64,000 bases of DNA, taken from assembly GCA_013416795.1 (NCBI GenBank), contig RQSC01000021.1, positions 62,001-126,000 on the forward strand, given 5' to 3'. The notes beneath the pieces were generated by a model that did no database searches, was not told the DNA's origin, and was given only the letters and a program-made list of their open reading frames with translations. The stretch's first letter is position 1; each line of letters starts with the position of its first letter. The position numbers and the translations under genes are program-made. This DNA is from Prasinococcaceae sp. CCMP 1430. Its lineage: Eukaryota; Plantae; Prasinodermophyta. Positions 44,197-54,500 of the stretch are shown here, piece after piece.

Positions 44197-45405
44197 ATGG
44201 ACGGCGGCATGGGCGAGGCGGTCGGAGGCGCTCGAAGGGCGGCGTCAGGCGCCGCCGACGCCCTCATTCACGCGGGTGCGCCGCTGTACGCGGCCCTCGA
44301 TGCGTCAGGCCAACAAAAACCACGCATGGTTGGCAGCGCGGCGGCTGCCGCGGCCGCAGCGCTCGCGCCGCTCGCCCCGCTCGCGGTGCAGACGGCAGCG
44401 GGCGCTGCGGCATATGGCGCCACGCTCGCGGCCGCCCAGGGCGCAGCCATGGTCCTGAGGCTCTCCTGCGCGACGCCTGTGCTCGGCCCCGCAGCGGGAG
44501 CAGCCGCAGTGTGCACTGCGTCCGTTGCGGCTGGGCAGGCAGCCTCCGTCGCTTCCGAGGCGCTGGTGTCCGGCGATGCCGGCGCTGCCGTCGAGCGCCG
44601 AGCGCGCGCAATCGCGGTGGCGCTCGATCGCACCTCGAGGAGCAAGCAGGCACGCCTGATGCGTGAGGAGCTCGCCACCGACGCCGTTATCGGTGCCGTG
44701 GCGTTTCGCCTCTTCGGGGGGAGGCTCCGCGCGCTTCTCCCCTCGGACCTCGCGCGGCCGGGCGCGTACGCGATGCAGTCCGTCCCTGCAGCGGGTGCGG
44801 ACTACGCCTCTGACGCCGTCAAGCGGCAGCTGCACACAATCTATGGCAAGCATGGTTGCCACACCTGCGGGACGAAGAAGAGCCCGATGACTGTCATCGC
44901 CGACCACATGCCACCCAATGTGCTTGTGTACGGTCGCGGCTACAAGAACCCAGACACTGTGCGAGGGCCTCTCGAGCAGCTCTCGCTGTGGTTTAAGGGG
45001 GTCACAACGCAGCAGCGCTTCTACCCCCAGTGCCAGCCGTGCAGCAACGCCCAAGGTAAGGCCCTGCTCAAGGGTGTGCGCGTGCTGAAGATGCACACCA
45101 TGGACGTGCGCCCCATACTGGCGTCGGGCGCCGCTGTGGGCACCGCCATCAACTGGTCGCACACGCACAATCCAGCGACGCTTGGGGGGCGGGCTGTGCG
45201 GCAGCCAAACCTGCGCAGGCGGCACCAGGAGGCGTCTCTCTCGCTCGCTCGCTCTCGTGCGCGCACCGAGGGGGGGCAACTGCGCGTCGAGCTCAAGCAT
45301 GCCATTGCAGGCGCCCTCCGGAGAGTAATAGGGGAGGGGGACGCGCCTGCGCGCGGCGGGGCGCGCGAGGACGCCCGCCGACGTCTGCGCGGCCTGCGGT
45401 TCTGA
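44197..45405 (+). CDS. Hydrophobic-helix protein with a C-terminal Rhs-toxin-type HNH (His-Me finger) nuclease domain (402 aa)
   Basis: ATG at 44197. Ala/Gly-rich hydrophobic helices, then PGAYAMQSVPA...HGCHTCG...IADHMPPN...QRFYPQCQPCSNAQG. Confidence 0.7.
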   Translation: MDGGMGEAVGGARRAASGAADALIHAGAPLYAALDASGQQKPRMVGSAAAAAAAALAPLAPLAVQTAAGAAAYGATLAAAQGAAMVLRLSCATPVLGPAAGAAAVCTASVAAGQAASVASEALVSGDAGAAVERRARAIAVALDRTSRSKQARLMREELATDAVIGAVAFRLFGGRLRALLPSDLARPGAYAMQSVPAAGADYASDAVKRQLHTIYGKHGCHTCGTKKSPMTVIADHMPPNVLVYGRGYKNPDTVRGPLEQLSLWFKGVTTQQRFYPQCQPCSNAQGKALLKGVRVLKMHTMDVRPILASGAAVGTAINWSHTHNPATLGGRAVRQPNLRRRHQEASLSLARSRARTEGGQLRVELKHAIAGALRRVIGEGDAPARGGAREDARRRLRGLRF

Positions 45406-45522
45406 CTGGCGCGCTGTCGCTTGGTGTGCGCGACCGACTTGGCGATGCTCCTGTACTATATAATGTACTGTACACGATGACGAACCCATTGTCGCATCAT
45501 TATCGACACACACGCGTCAGTG

Positions 45523-47101
45523 TCAGTTCCCAACCTCGGGGCCGCCCTGCCCGCGGCGCCGCTTGCGCGCCAACCGCCGCTCGCGCCGCATTAGTCGCAG
45601 TCGCTCCTGCACGAGCAGCACGCGATCCGCAGCCTCACTGGCATATGCGCCGCGCCGCTTCCATTCCTCGAGCTCCGAGATGGCTTCCCATCCGCGGTTG
45701 GCGTGCGAGAGCAGCAGGCCATTGTCGCGGGCTACCGCCTGCGCCGCGCGCGCACCGAGCGTGGCATCGACGATGGACCAGCAGCGCGATCGCGGGAGGG
45801 AGCGCCGTCAGTGTCACACCTCGCTCCTTCACAGCCTTGCACACACGCTGATCTCGCCATCGCGCACGTACCGCGTCGTCGTATGCGACCATTCTGAGGC
45901 GCTCGGAGGCGCTGATTGCGCGGTTGAGCGCCTCCTGCTGGTACTCGGTTGTGAGCGCCGCGCCCTCGGGCGCCGGGCCAATGAGGGGCAGCATGGGCCG
46001 TGCGTGGTCGCTCTTCTGCTTGACCTGCGTCGCCAGGCCGAAGTAGCGGTCGCGAAGGGCTATGAGGACCGCCGCCAGGAGCCAGCGCTGCTCGACCGCG
46101 AGCGGCCGGTCATCGTCAGCACCCATGCCAGCCTCCGCGTCTGCGTCTTCGCTCGCATCTGCATCGCTGCTCGGCCCGACTTCACCCTCCACCTCGTCGC
46201 CGCTGTCCCCGCCACGGTAGTGCTCCTCAAGCTGGGCCTCGCCGAGCCTCACGCCGCCATTGGCGTTCGTGAACCACACCTCCTCCTCGCCCCATTCGCC
46301 CGCGAAAGGCGCCATGAACGCCTCCAGGTCACCCAGCATCAACACCTCGCCCTCGTACGCGTCGAGCACAAATGCGGGCGCGTCCGCACACCACACCAGC
46401 CAGTACGACAGCGAGCCGTCTGCAAGAGGGGCGGCGGAGAGGCGCAGCGACTCCCACTCAGGACGGCGCGATGCGACGTCATCCGCGACAGCCACAAGCA
46501 GCAGCGCCACGGCCGCCGAGGTGCCCACACCCCGCTCCAGCAGCGAGTGGAGCGTGAGCGTCTGCCACGACTCGCCCGCGTCCGAACCCTGAGAGTGAAT
46601 GTCAAGGCGTAGCGCCTCGCGAACGATAGAGCTGAGCGCGCGCAGCCACTGCAGCGCCCCCGGGGCCCTGTCGCCCCTGTCGTTCACAGCGCCGCCCTCT
46701 ACGCCTGCGGCGGGAGCGCACATCGCGTCCGCTGCGGCTGCGGCCGCCGTGCACAGGTTGGCGAACGTCTGGGCGTCCTCGCCCATCGTCTTGCCCAGCT
46801 GCGTGAACACGAGTTCCTCCGCGTCGATAGCACCGGCCAGCTTGACGAGCGGTATGCTCCCAGGGGTGTCGCTCCCGTTCGCGCCCATCTTGGCCTCGCG
46901 CCACAGCACCTCAAACTCGTGCCTGGCCTGCAGCCGCGGGTCAACTGCACAGCGCGCCACGCCGCGTCGCATGCACCTCCGCCGCCATGTCCGTGCCCGC
47001 GCCCCGCGGCCATGCGCCACCGCGCCGGGCCGACCGCCGAGCGCGGCAGCCCGCGGCACCATGCCGCACAGCGCGCGCGCCGCAATCGCGACCTGTGCCA
47101 C
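45523..47101 (-). CDS. SirB1-like (transglutaminase-like + TPR) protein, probably organellar, 2 exons
   Basis: Transit-peptide-like N-terminus. SLLERGVGTSAAVALLLVAVA...FVLDAYEGEVL. Intron 45739-45871 (GTACGT...GCGCAG) joins RMVAYDDA-AVARDNGLLL, matching the SirB1 RDRGLL TPR motif. Stop at 45523. Confidence 0.6.
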
Positions 47102-47355
47102 CCTTGGGGCGGCGGACGATCACTTGCGCTCCGCTCGTTTGCGATGCGTGGCGCTCCGAGAGCTGGTTTGCCGCGCGGCGGGCCACACCGCGCGCTCGCA
47201 CGCCCCCGGTGTGGCCAAGCTGCCGGAAGACGGCGCGTCGTAGCGGCGGCCCTAGTGATAGCGTGGTGGCTACGCGGCGTGACGCGTGCGTGGGCCGCGG
47301 AGCATTGGCGACGTCGGCTGCGCTGGATCGAGGTAGCGGCGGCGAGGTGTCCACG

Positions 47356-49005
47356 ATGGCATCCGAGATGGCGTCAGCGCTCGGTCTGCTGCTGGGCCGC
47401 CCGTCGAGCGGCGTGGTGGACTTCCTGTCTGCCGGCGGCGCGTGGGAGCGCGCGCCTGTGCTCTGTCGCGCGACCCCTGAGCGGCGCGAGCTCGCGCAGG
47501 CCACACCGACGGCGGAGCGCTATGCGGAGCTGCTGGAGGAGCTGGGCGGGTTGCACGGCACGGATGTGCAGGCGTCGCGGTTCGACGCGGCCGCCGGCGA
47601 GAGAGAAACCCTCGCGGTGGATGAAGCGACCGCTGAGGCACCCGTCAAGCGCAAGCGAATGTTGCACCTGCTGCGGAAGGATGGCGCGACGCTGCAGGTG
47701 CACCAGCCGCAGCGCTTCGTGGACTCGCTGTGGGCGCTCGCAGCTGGCATGGAGGCCGAGCTGGGCTCGCTCTGCGGTGCCAACGCCTACCTCACGCCGG
47801 CTGGCTCGCAGGGTCTTGCGCCGCACTACGATGACGTGGAGGTGTTCGTCCTTCACGCCCATGGCCGCAAGCGCTGGCGCGTGTATGCGCCGCTCGCCGC
47901 GGAGGGCCGCGAGCTACCGCGGGAGTGTTCTGGTGACTTGCCCCGCGAGGTGCTCGGCAAGCCCGAGCTGGATGTGACCCTGGAGCCCGGTGACATGCTA
48001 TACCTGCCGCGGGGTACGCCGCACGAGGCAATGGCCCAAGGTGAGGGCGATGAAACCACCAGCGTGCACGTGACGCTCAGCGCTTACCAGAAGTGGACTG
48101 TTGGTGACCTGTGCACAGCTGTGTGCTCGGCAGCGGGCGAGCAGCCCGCAGGAAGCGCGGCAGCGCCGGCGCTTGGCGCTCGGCGCGGCCTGCCCGCCCG
48201 TATGGCGCTCAGCCGCGCTGCGCGCGGTAGCGCGGCCCCGCTCGTTGCCGCCGAGCTGAGGCGCCTCGCCAACGAGCTCGACAAGATGGGTGCGGACAGT
48301 GCGGCGCTCTGCGCGGGTATTGACCTGATGGCCGCCGACTTCATGGCGTCGCGTCTGCCGCCACTTCCCGTGGACACGCTGCCGAGCGCACTCGCGCTGC
48401 CTCGAGCGCGTCCGGTCCCAAACACGATGCCGGACGAGGGCAGTTGCGTGCGCGTGGCGTCTCCCGGATGTGTGCGGGTCGAGGGCATTGGCATGGGTGG
48501 CGACAGCGTGCGTGTGGTAAGCTGCCTTGCTAACGAGCGTGAGGCGCACATGATGCCGCCAGAGGACAGCGATAGCGATGACGACAGCGATGGCGATGGT
48601 ATGGATACTGGCAAGAGGCCTGGCTTCCTGAGCGGGGTACGCGAAGCGTACGAGAGAATCTTCGCCGCTCGTGGCGCTGGCGCGAGAAGCAGGAGAGTCG
48701 GGAGTGTCGATGTCAGCGAAGACTCGGACGACGGTCCAGATGGGCAGGGCGACGAGGAGGAGAATGGTGCGTGGCTTCCTGCTGAGTATGCCACAGCAGT
48801 CGAGGAGCTGCTGGAGGCTGGCATGGAGGGCGTCAAGGTGAACGAGCTCAAGCTACCACGACTGGACGAGCGGGTGGCGCTCGCGCGAGCTTTGTGGTCG
48901 GTGGGCTTGCTGGTCACCGTCGACGGGGTGGGTGGTGGTCAAGGCAAGCGCAAGCAGAAGACATCGCATCGCGACCAGCATCGGGACAAAAGAGCTCGCG
49001 AATAG
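47356..49005 (+). CDS. RIOX1: JmjC/cupin ribosomal oxygenase NO66/RIOX1-like (549 aa)
   Basis: GATLQVHQPQRF, GSLCGANAYLTPAGSQGLAPHYDDVEVFVL...GRKRWRVY, LEPGDMLYLPRG.PHEA, SVHVTLS; Fe-binding HxD...H is intact. Confidence 0.88.
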   Translation: MASEMASALGLLLGRPSSGVVDFLSAGGAWERAPVLCRATPERRELAQATPTAERYAELLEELGGLHGTDVQASRFDAAAGERETLAVDEATAEAPVKRKRMLHLLRKDGATLQVHQPQRFVDSLWALAAGMEAELGSLCGANAYLTPAGSQGLAPHYDDVEVFVLHAHGRKRWRVYAPLAAEGRELPRECSGDLPREVLGKPELDVTLEPGDMLYLPRGTPHEAMAQGEGDETTSVHVTLSAYQKWTVGDLCTAVCSAAGEQPAGSAAAPALGARRGLPARMALSRAARGSAAPLVAAELRRLANELDKMGADSAALCAGIDLMAADFMASRLPPLPVDTLPSALALPRARPVPNTMPDEGSCVRVASPGCVRVEGIGMGGDSVRVVSCLANEREAHMMPPEDSDSDDDSDGDGMDTGKRPGFLSGVREAYERIFAARGAGARSRRVGSVDVSEDSDDGPDGQGDEEENGAWLPAEYATAVEELLEAGMEGVKVNELKLPRLDERVALARALWSVGLLVTVDGVGGGQGKRKQKTSHRDQHRDKRARE

Positions 49006-49148
49006 GCCAGGTAGAGACTAGTAGACGCATTCGTGCGGCATGACTTTGGATGTATGTGCGAGCACTCAGTGTGTGTTGCGTGCCATTACCGACTGCGCCT
49101 GCCACTTTCATTGCGCCCTCGGGTCAAGAGCATGATGTTGCCTCGTTG

Positions 49149-50465
49149 TCACTGCGCTTCGCACGCGCACAGGCGCATGAGGTGCTTGTCACTTGCCCAG
49201 CACGTCGAGGCTGCCCTCGGCGCCGGCGCTCCTCCGGCCTCGTGTACTCGTGGCGGACTGGTGGCGTTTCTCATGGCTGGCTTGATCACGGCACACGCAC
49301 CTGGCTTCCAATGAGTACCACGGACTTCGAATTCCACCATCGCGGGCGTTGCAGAAGCGTTCACATGCTGCTTGGACGCTTCGCCGCCACGCACCGTAGT
49401 GTCCAGAAACGTACCATCGATGTCGTCGTAGCACCCAGCCGAGCAGCCGAAGAACGCCATTGCTGCCGCACAGGATGAGGCGTTGCCAAGTGCTCGTTCG
49501 ACGCACGCGCCTCGGCCAGCTTCAGAGCACGCCTCGTCGCAGCTAGCTCCCGCCCTCCCCTGCACTAGCGCGGTGGCAGCAGCCGCCGCGCTACCGCGCG
49601 CGTGTGGCTGGGAGAGCGCAGGCGCCGAGCCCGGCGTCTCGTTGTATGCGTCTCTTTCCGGGGGGGGCATGTTCGTGCCGTCGAGGGTGTGCGTCTCTTG
49701 GGGCGAGTCAACCTCGCCAAAACAGAATCGCATGCGCGAGCGGAACTCATTGCTCCTGCCCGTGTTCGAGCGGCCATTTGTGCGACATCTCTGAAGACAG
49801 TAGTCCCACGCGGTGAGCTCGAAGGGTGGCTCGCGGCACGGCTTTCTGGAATCCCGCCGACCGTCTGCGGCGAGCGCACACAGGTCCTCTTCTCGCGCTC
49901 GACGCTTTGTCGAGGGATGTTTCGCGCGCAGCCACGCCTCCCATTCTTGTTCGTGCCCAGTGCTCGCGAGAGCTGTGAGCACGCGCGTGGCGCTGCTTGC
50001 GCTCGCTCCCGATGATAGTGGGCCTTCTTGCAGCTCGTCGTGTGCCCAATTCACGCAGGCAGCCACGCACCAAGGGAACTCGGCGCAGCACTTCGCATGC
50101 GCATCGCACTCGTCGCCGGCACCGTCGTGGCGCGTGCGCGCGGCCGACGGGCTGGCATGAGAGCAGCACCCGCTGGAGCTTTCCCAGTCAGCGTGCGAGC
50201 ACGTGTATCCGTCGCTGTCCGCCACGGTGTGCGGGTGCTCAACGGCAGCCTGACAGATGGCGTTTGGGCTACCCCTCAGACGCGTGGGGGCCGGGTCAGC
50301 CGCGGCACCTCTGCCGAGGCTGGCGCCGCCCACCACGCGTACGCCCGGGAAGCGGTGCTCTCCCAACGCCCCTTCGCCGACGCGAGCGGCAGGCGCAGCG
50401 GCGGCGCGCCTGACAAGCAGCGCCCACACCACGGTGAAAAGGAGCGGCACGTGCCGGTATCGCAT
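49149..50465 (-). CDS. SPRING1/C12orf49 (SREBP-regulating gene)-like Golgi protein, plant-type with Cys-rich C-terminal extension (438 aa)
   Basis: N-terminal signal/anchor. DSDGY.C......GCC, C....CC..F..CV..C, DYCLQRCRT..RS....NEF.....FCF, then G..G.SCD..C...G..C...C..RLCAC. Confidence 0.7.
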   Translation of the reverse strand: MRYRHVPLLFTVVWALLVRRAAAAPAARVGEGALGEHRFPGVRVVGGASLGRGAAADPAPTRLRGSPNAICQAAVEHPHTVADSDGYTCSHADWESSSGCCSHASPSAARTRHDGAGDECDAHAKCCAEFPWCVAACVNWAHDELQEGPLSSGASASSATRVLTALASTGHEQEWEAWLRAKHPSTKRRAREEDLCALAADGRRDSRKPCREPPFELTAWDYCLQRCRTNGRSNTGRSNEFRSRMRFCFGEVDSPQETHTLDGTNMPPPERDAYNETPGSAPALSQPHARGSAAAAATALVQGRAGASCDEACSEAGRGACVERALGNASSCAAAMAFFGCSAGCYDDIDGTFLDTTVRGGEASKQHVNASATPAMVEFEVRGTHWKPGACAVIKPAMRNATSPPRVHEAGGAPAPRAASTCWASDKHLMRLCACEAQ

Positions 50466-51515
50466 TTTTGTGCGGGGTCACGGGCGCAAAAAGCGACAGC
50501 CGCGCGCGCGGTGCTGCTACAAGCGGCGCGCGCCCGCCGCCCGAGCGGGCGCGCTGCCCTCCAGCCGCTGATGCCGCCCGCGCGGCACTCCCCTTGGTCG
50601 GCACGGGCGTCCCAGACACCGCGTCTTACGCGGCGCGCCGCGTGCCCCTCTTCTCCCCGCCCCACCCTTCCCCATCCATGCGCCGCGGGCGCAGCGTGTG
50701 GCGCCGCTCTGCGCGCGACGTCGTTGTTGCGATTCCCGGCACGCGGCCGGGCCGATGGTGTGGAGGTCGGGAATTGGTATCAGGGTCCATATTGCGCGCA
50801 CGCATTTCGACACGCGTGGCGCGGCGTCGCGCCGCCTCAGCTGGGCGGCGCGGGGACCGCGCCGGGGAACGCGCCGCCGCGCTCGCGCCGACGCCAGCCG
50901 GAGCGCAGAACGAACGCTGCCGGAGAGGGCGAATGAGGGCGGGCGGGGCGCGACGTGCGGGGGCGGGGGAGAGGGTGGGAACAGGGGAGAGTGGCTACGG
51001 ACTGCGTTGGGTGTGAGGGCTGTGAACGGGGACGTGGCCGAGGCGTCGTGCGTGCGTGCAGTGGCGCGCGCGCGCGCGCGCTCGAACTCTTCCGGTGCTT
51101 TCTCGTTCGCGCGCGGCGCGCATGCGCTTTGATGGCGCGCGCGCGCGGGCGCTCTCTCGCGCCGCGCGTCGCGTTTGCTCTCTCGCGGCGCTCGCGTCTC
51201 TTCTCGCGGCCCCCATCAGACCGCATGCGCGCCGCGCGGCGCGTTTTCCAATTTCGAAAATCGATCGTCGGACCGACCGATTCGGTCCGATTTCGAGCGC
51301 GGCTGCGGCGAGGACCGAGGCGCGCCGCAGTCCCCCCCAGTCGCCGCAGCGGGGCGCGCGTGCTCGCCCGCGGTGGCGCTCTGGGGCGCGAACAGGATGT
51401 TGCCCGGACCAGAGCAGCGCGCACGCGCCGCACGCGCCGCGCAGGCGGGCGCCGTGGACGTAGGCGGATGGCACAACGAACCTGCACACTTACGACTCAA
51501 AATCTTGCAGGAGCC

Positions 51516-54500
51516 TCAGGCGACGTCGGCGGGCATACCCTTCTTGGCCTTGCTCTCGGCGTCCTCATCGTCCTCCTCGCCCTCGTACGCGGGGGGGCCG
51601 ATCCAAGTGAGGAGGATCGGCAGGAGCACGAGGGCGTTGACCATGCAGACCACGATTATCATGGTGAACTGAATGAAGAAGTACAGCACGAAGTAGTCAA
51701 AGTACGAGAAGGCGATCGCCACGATCGCCAGGAAGTCGGTCACCGCGCCGCACAGGACGGGATTGCCCACCTCCCCGAGCGCCGCCACCACGCGCGTCAC
51801 GCGGTCGCCCTTGGCGAGCATGAACGCGCGCGCGATGTGCGCGTGGAACTCGACAGCGATGCCGATGGCCGAAATGAGGTTGACGAGCACCACCGAGTTG
51901 AGCTTCATGCCGAAGTAGGGCAGCAGACCGTACAGCTCAATCTCGACGAGCACCAGGAGGGACACCACGATCAGCGCCGCACCCGGATGCACAATGAGCG
52001 GAAGCATCACCACGAAGCCCGCCAGCACGCTCATGGCGATGCCGAAGATCGCGTTGTCGTCAATGTGCAGGTACTGCTCATTGAGCGCATACAGCGTCCA
52101 GTCGAAGGGGTAGGCGTTGGCCGTGTCCCTCATCTGTTGGGCGTTGAAGTCTTGCTCCTCCATCACCCCACGCGCGCTGTTGATGTGGTCCACGCGCTTG
52201 GCCACCGTGTTCACGTCATTCGCGAACGTCAGGATGCGTGCGTTCGTCACCTTGCCAAAGGTGGTGCGGTTGGTTCCCTCGAACTCGGTGTGGGTGATCG
52301 CGCGCGAGATACGCCCCTTGATGTCGGTGTGCAGGAAGTGATCGAACAGCGACTCGGACGCACCGCCGACGGGCTCGTGCCACTGGAGCGGCAGAGGCCT
52401 CCACGGGCAATGGCAGGTGGGGACCATGTTGCCCGAGGGGTTGATCGGTTCCGAGTACTCGCACTGCTCGTCGGGATTCGGGCTCAGGCTCTTGCGCGCA
52501 AAGTTGCCCTCGCAGAATTCCTGGCATGACTCCACCCGGCCGAGCTCCTCGCTGCCGTCCGCGCCGCGCCGCGCGGCCGTCATGGGGAACTCCTTGCCCG
52601 CGCACTCGTTGCGGTGCTCGAGCCACCGGTCCTTGTAGTAATACACCTCGTCAAAGCAGATCTCATCATTCTCGATCTTGCCTTCGACGTAGTCGGTGAA
52701 GTAGCGCAGGAAGTTGGTACACTCGTAGTCTGTGTCCATGTAGAGCGTGTCCTGGACGAAGTTGTAGTCCATGTCGCGCAAGGCGACCGAGGTGGCCCTC
52801 TCGTCCAAAGTGCCCACGTCGCGCACCACCAACCACACGGTGCTGCTGGTGAAGTACTCCTCCGCGTTCACAGCGTAGTCGTGCAGCTTCTTGTCCTTGG
52901 GTACTGCGTCCGACAGGCTCAGACCCTTCTCGACGTCGAAGAGGCCGGCGATGCACACCGCCATCAGAGCCAGGTACACGAGCAGCACGCCAACCTTGAC
53001 GAGCTCGTTGCGCAGCATGGATTCGAGCAACGACAGGCGGGTGGCGCCCGCCGTGTCTTTGGCGGCGGCCGCCGCCTCCTCTGCCTCCTTGTGCTTGCGC
53101 GCCTGCTCCTCGTCAGCAACCTGCTGGATGGCCTCCTGCTTGTTCTTGAGGCCCGCGTAGAGCAGAAATGGGAAGAGCGTAATCGCCACCACCCAGTTCG
53201 TCAAGATGACGAAGGCCACCTGCACGGCATAGTCCGACACGGCGGGCACGGGGATGAGCGCGCCCAGGAAGAACGCAAACATGTTCGTGAGCGAGCTCAG
53301 CGTGATTGACGTGCCACCGATGCGCATGGCTTCGGCGGTCACCTCGACAGGTGTGCGCGCGGGACTCGCGCGCGCGGCGGCCGCGGTCTGAAAGCTCGCC
53401 GCGGCGATGTAAAAGTCATTGATGCCCAGACCCACGCCAAGGAACGGCACAACCTGCAGCGTGAGTGCGTTGTACTTGACGGGCGTGCCCTGCGAGAGCA
53501 GCGCCGAGATGCCCAGCGAAGCGAAGACAAACACGATAATGGACAGGATCGCCCCTAGCACCACCCACCACGACGGACCGAGCTTGCTCGCGCGGAAGCT
53601 GCCGTCGGGCCCGCGCTCCACTGCGTAATAGCCGATCGAAAAGAGCGTCACAAGGACGTAGCCCACAATGAGCAGGGGAATCTGCGCCACAGTCGCGTCC
53701 GCGATGGTGTCCTCCACCGAGGAGCCTGCCAAGTAGGTGGGCTTGATGACCTTGAAGCGGCGCTCCTGCTCATCAAGCTCCGCGTCCTCATCAAACAAGT
53801 TCTCAATTTCCTTGAGCCAGTTGCGCTCCCAGCCCTTGATTAGCTCGAGTGCGTCTTCCTCGGTGGCAATGTCAACCACGCGCAGGTTGGGCCGCGTGTA
53901 GGTCTTGTCTGCAAAGCACTTGCCGTTGTAGTTGAGGTGGCACACCGCGCCGCAGCCGCACTTGCCTTCAGGGGCCCAGGGCGCGTCAGGCTGGGAATCA
54001 TATCCGCATGCCTCGGGTTCGATGTTCGCAACCACGCCGTCGGGCAAGTCGTACGCGTACTCGACCGCAGGCTTGTCGAAGCCCTGCGCCTCCGCGGCAG
54101 CCTCGGCAGCCTCGGCGATCTTCGTCGGCTGCACGTTCTGGACGCTTGCGACGCCGTCTTCGTCGAAGGTGGCGATCACCACGTCCATGCCTAGCTGAAT
54201 GGAGCTTTCGCCCACCGCGGAGGCGGTCACACCTTCGCCTAAGCTTCTGGTGGCAGCGACGGTGGCCAGCGCCTCGACGTTGGCCGTGTCCGCGAGCGTC
54301 GGGACCGTGTCGGCGGACTCCAGAGGCAGCGCCACAGCGATTTCCACGTTGATGCCGGCGTCGTCCTCTCGCAGGGAACGGCGGCTGCCCTCGCCGTCGT
54401 TGGCGAATTTGGCCTCCACTTCTGAAGGGCGCAGACCGGCCTCGCGGGCGTACGAGGCGGCGAGATCGGTCAGGTTTATTAGCTCCTGATCGATGTTGTG

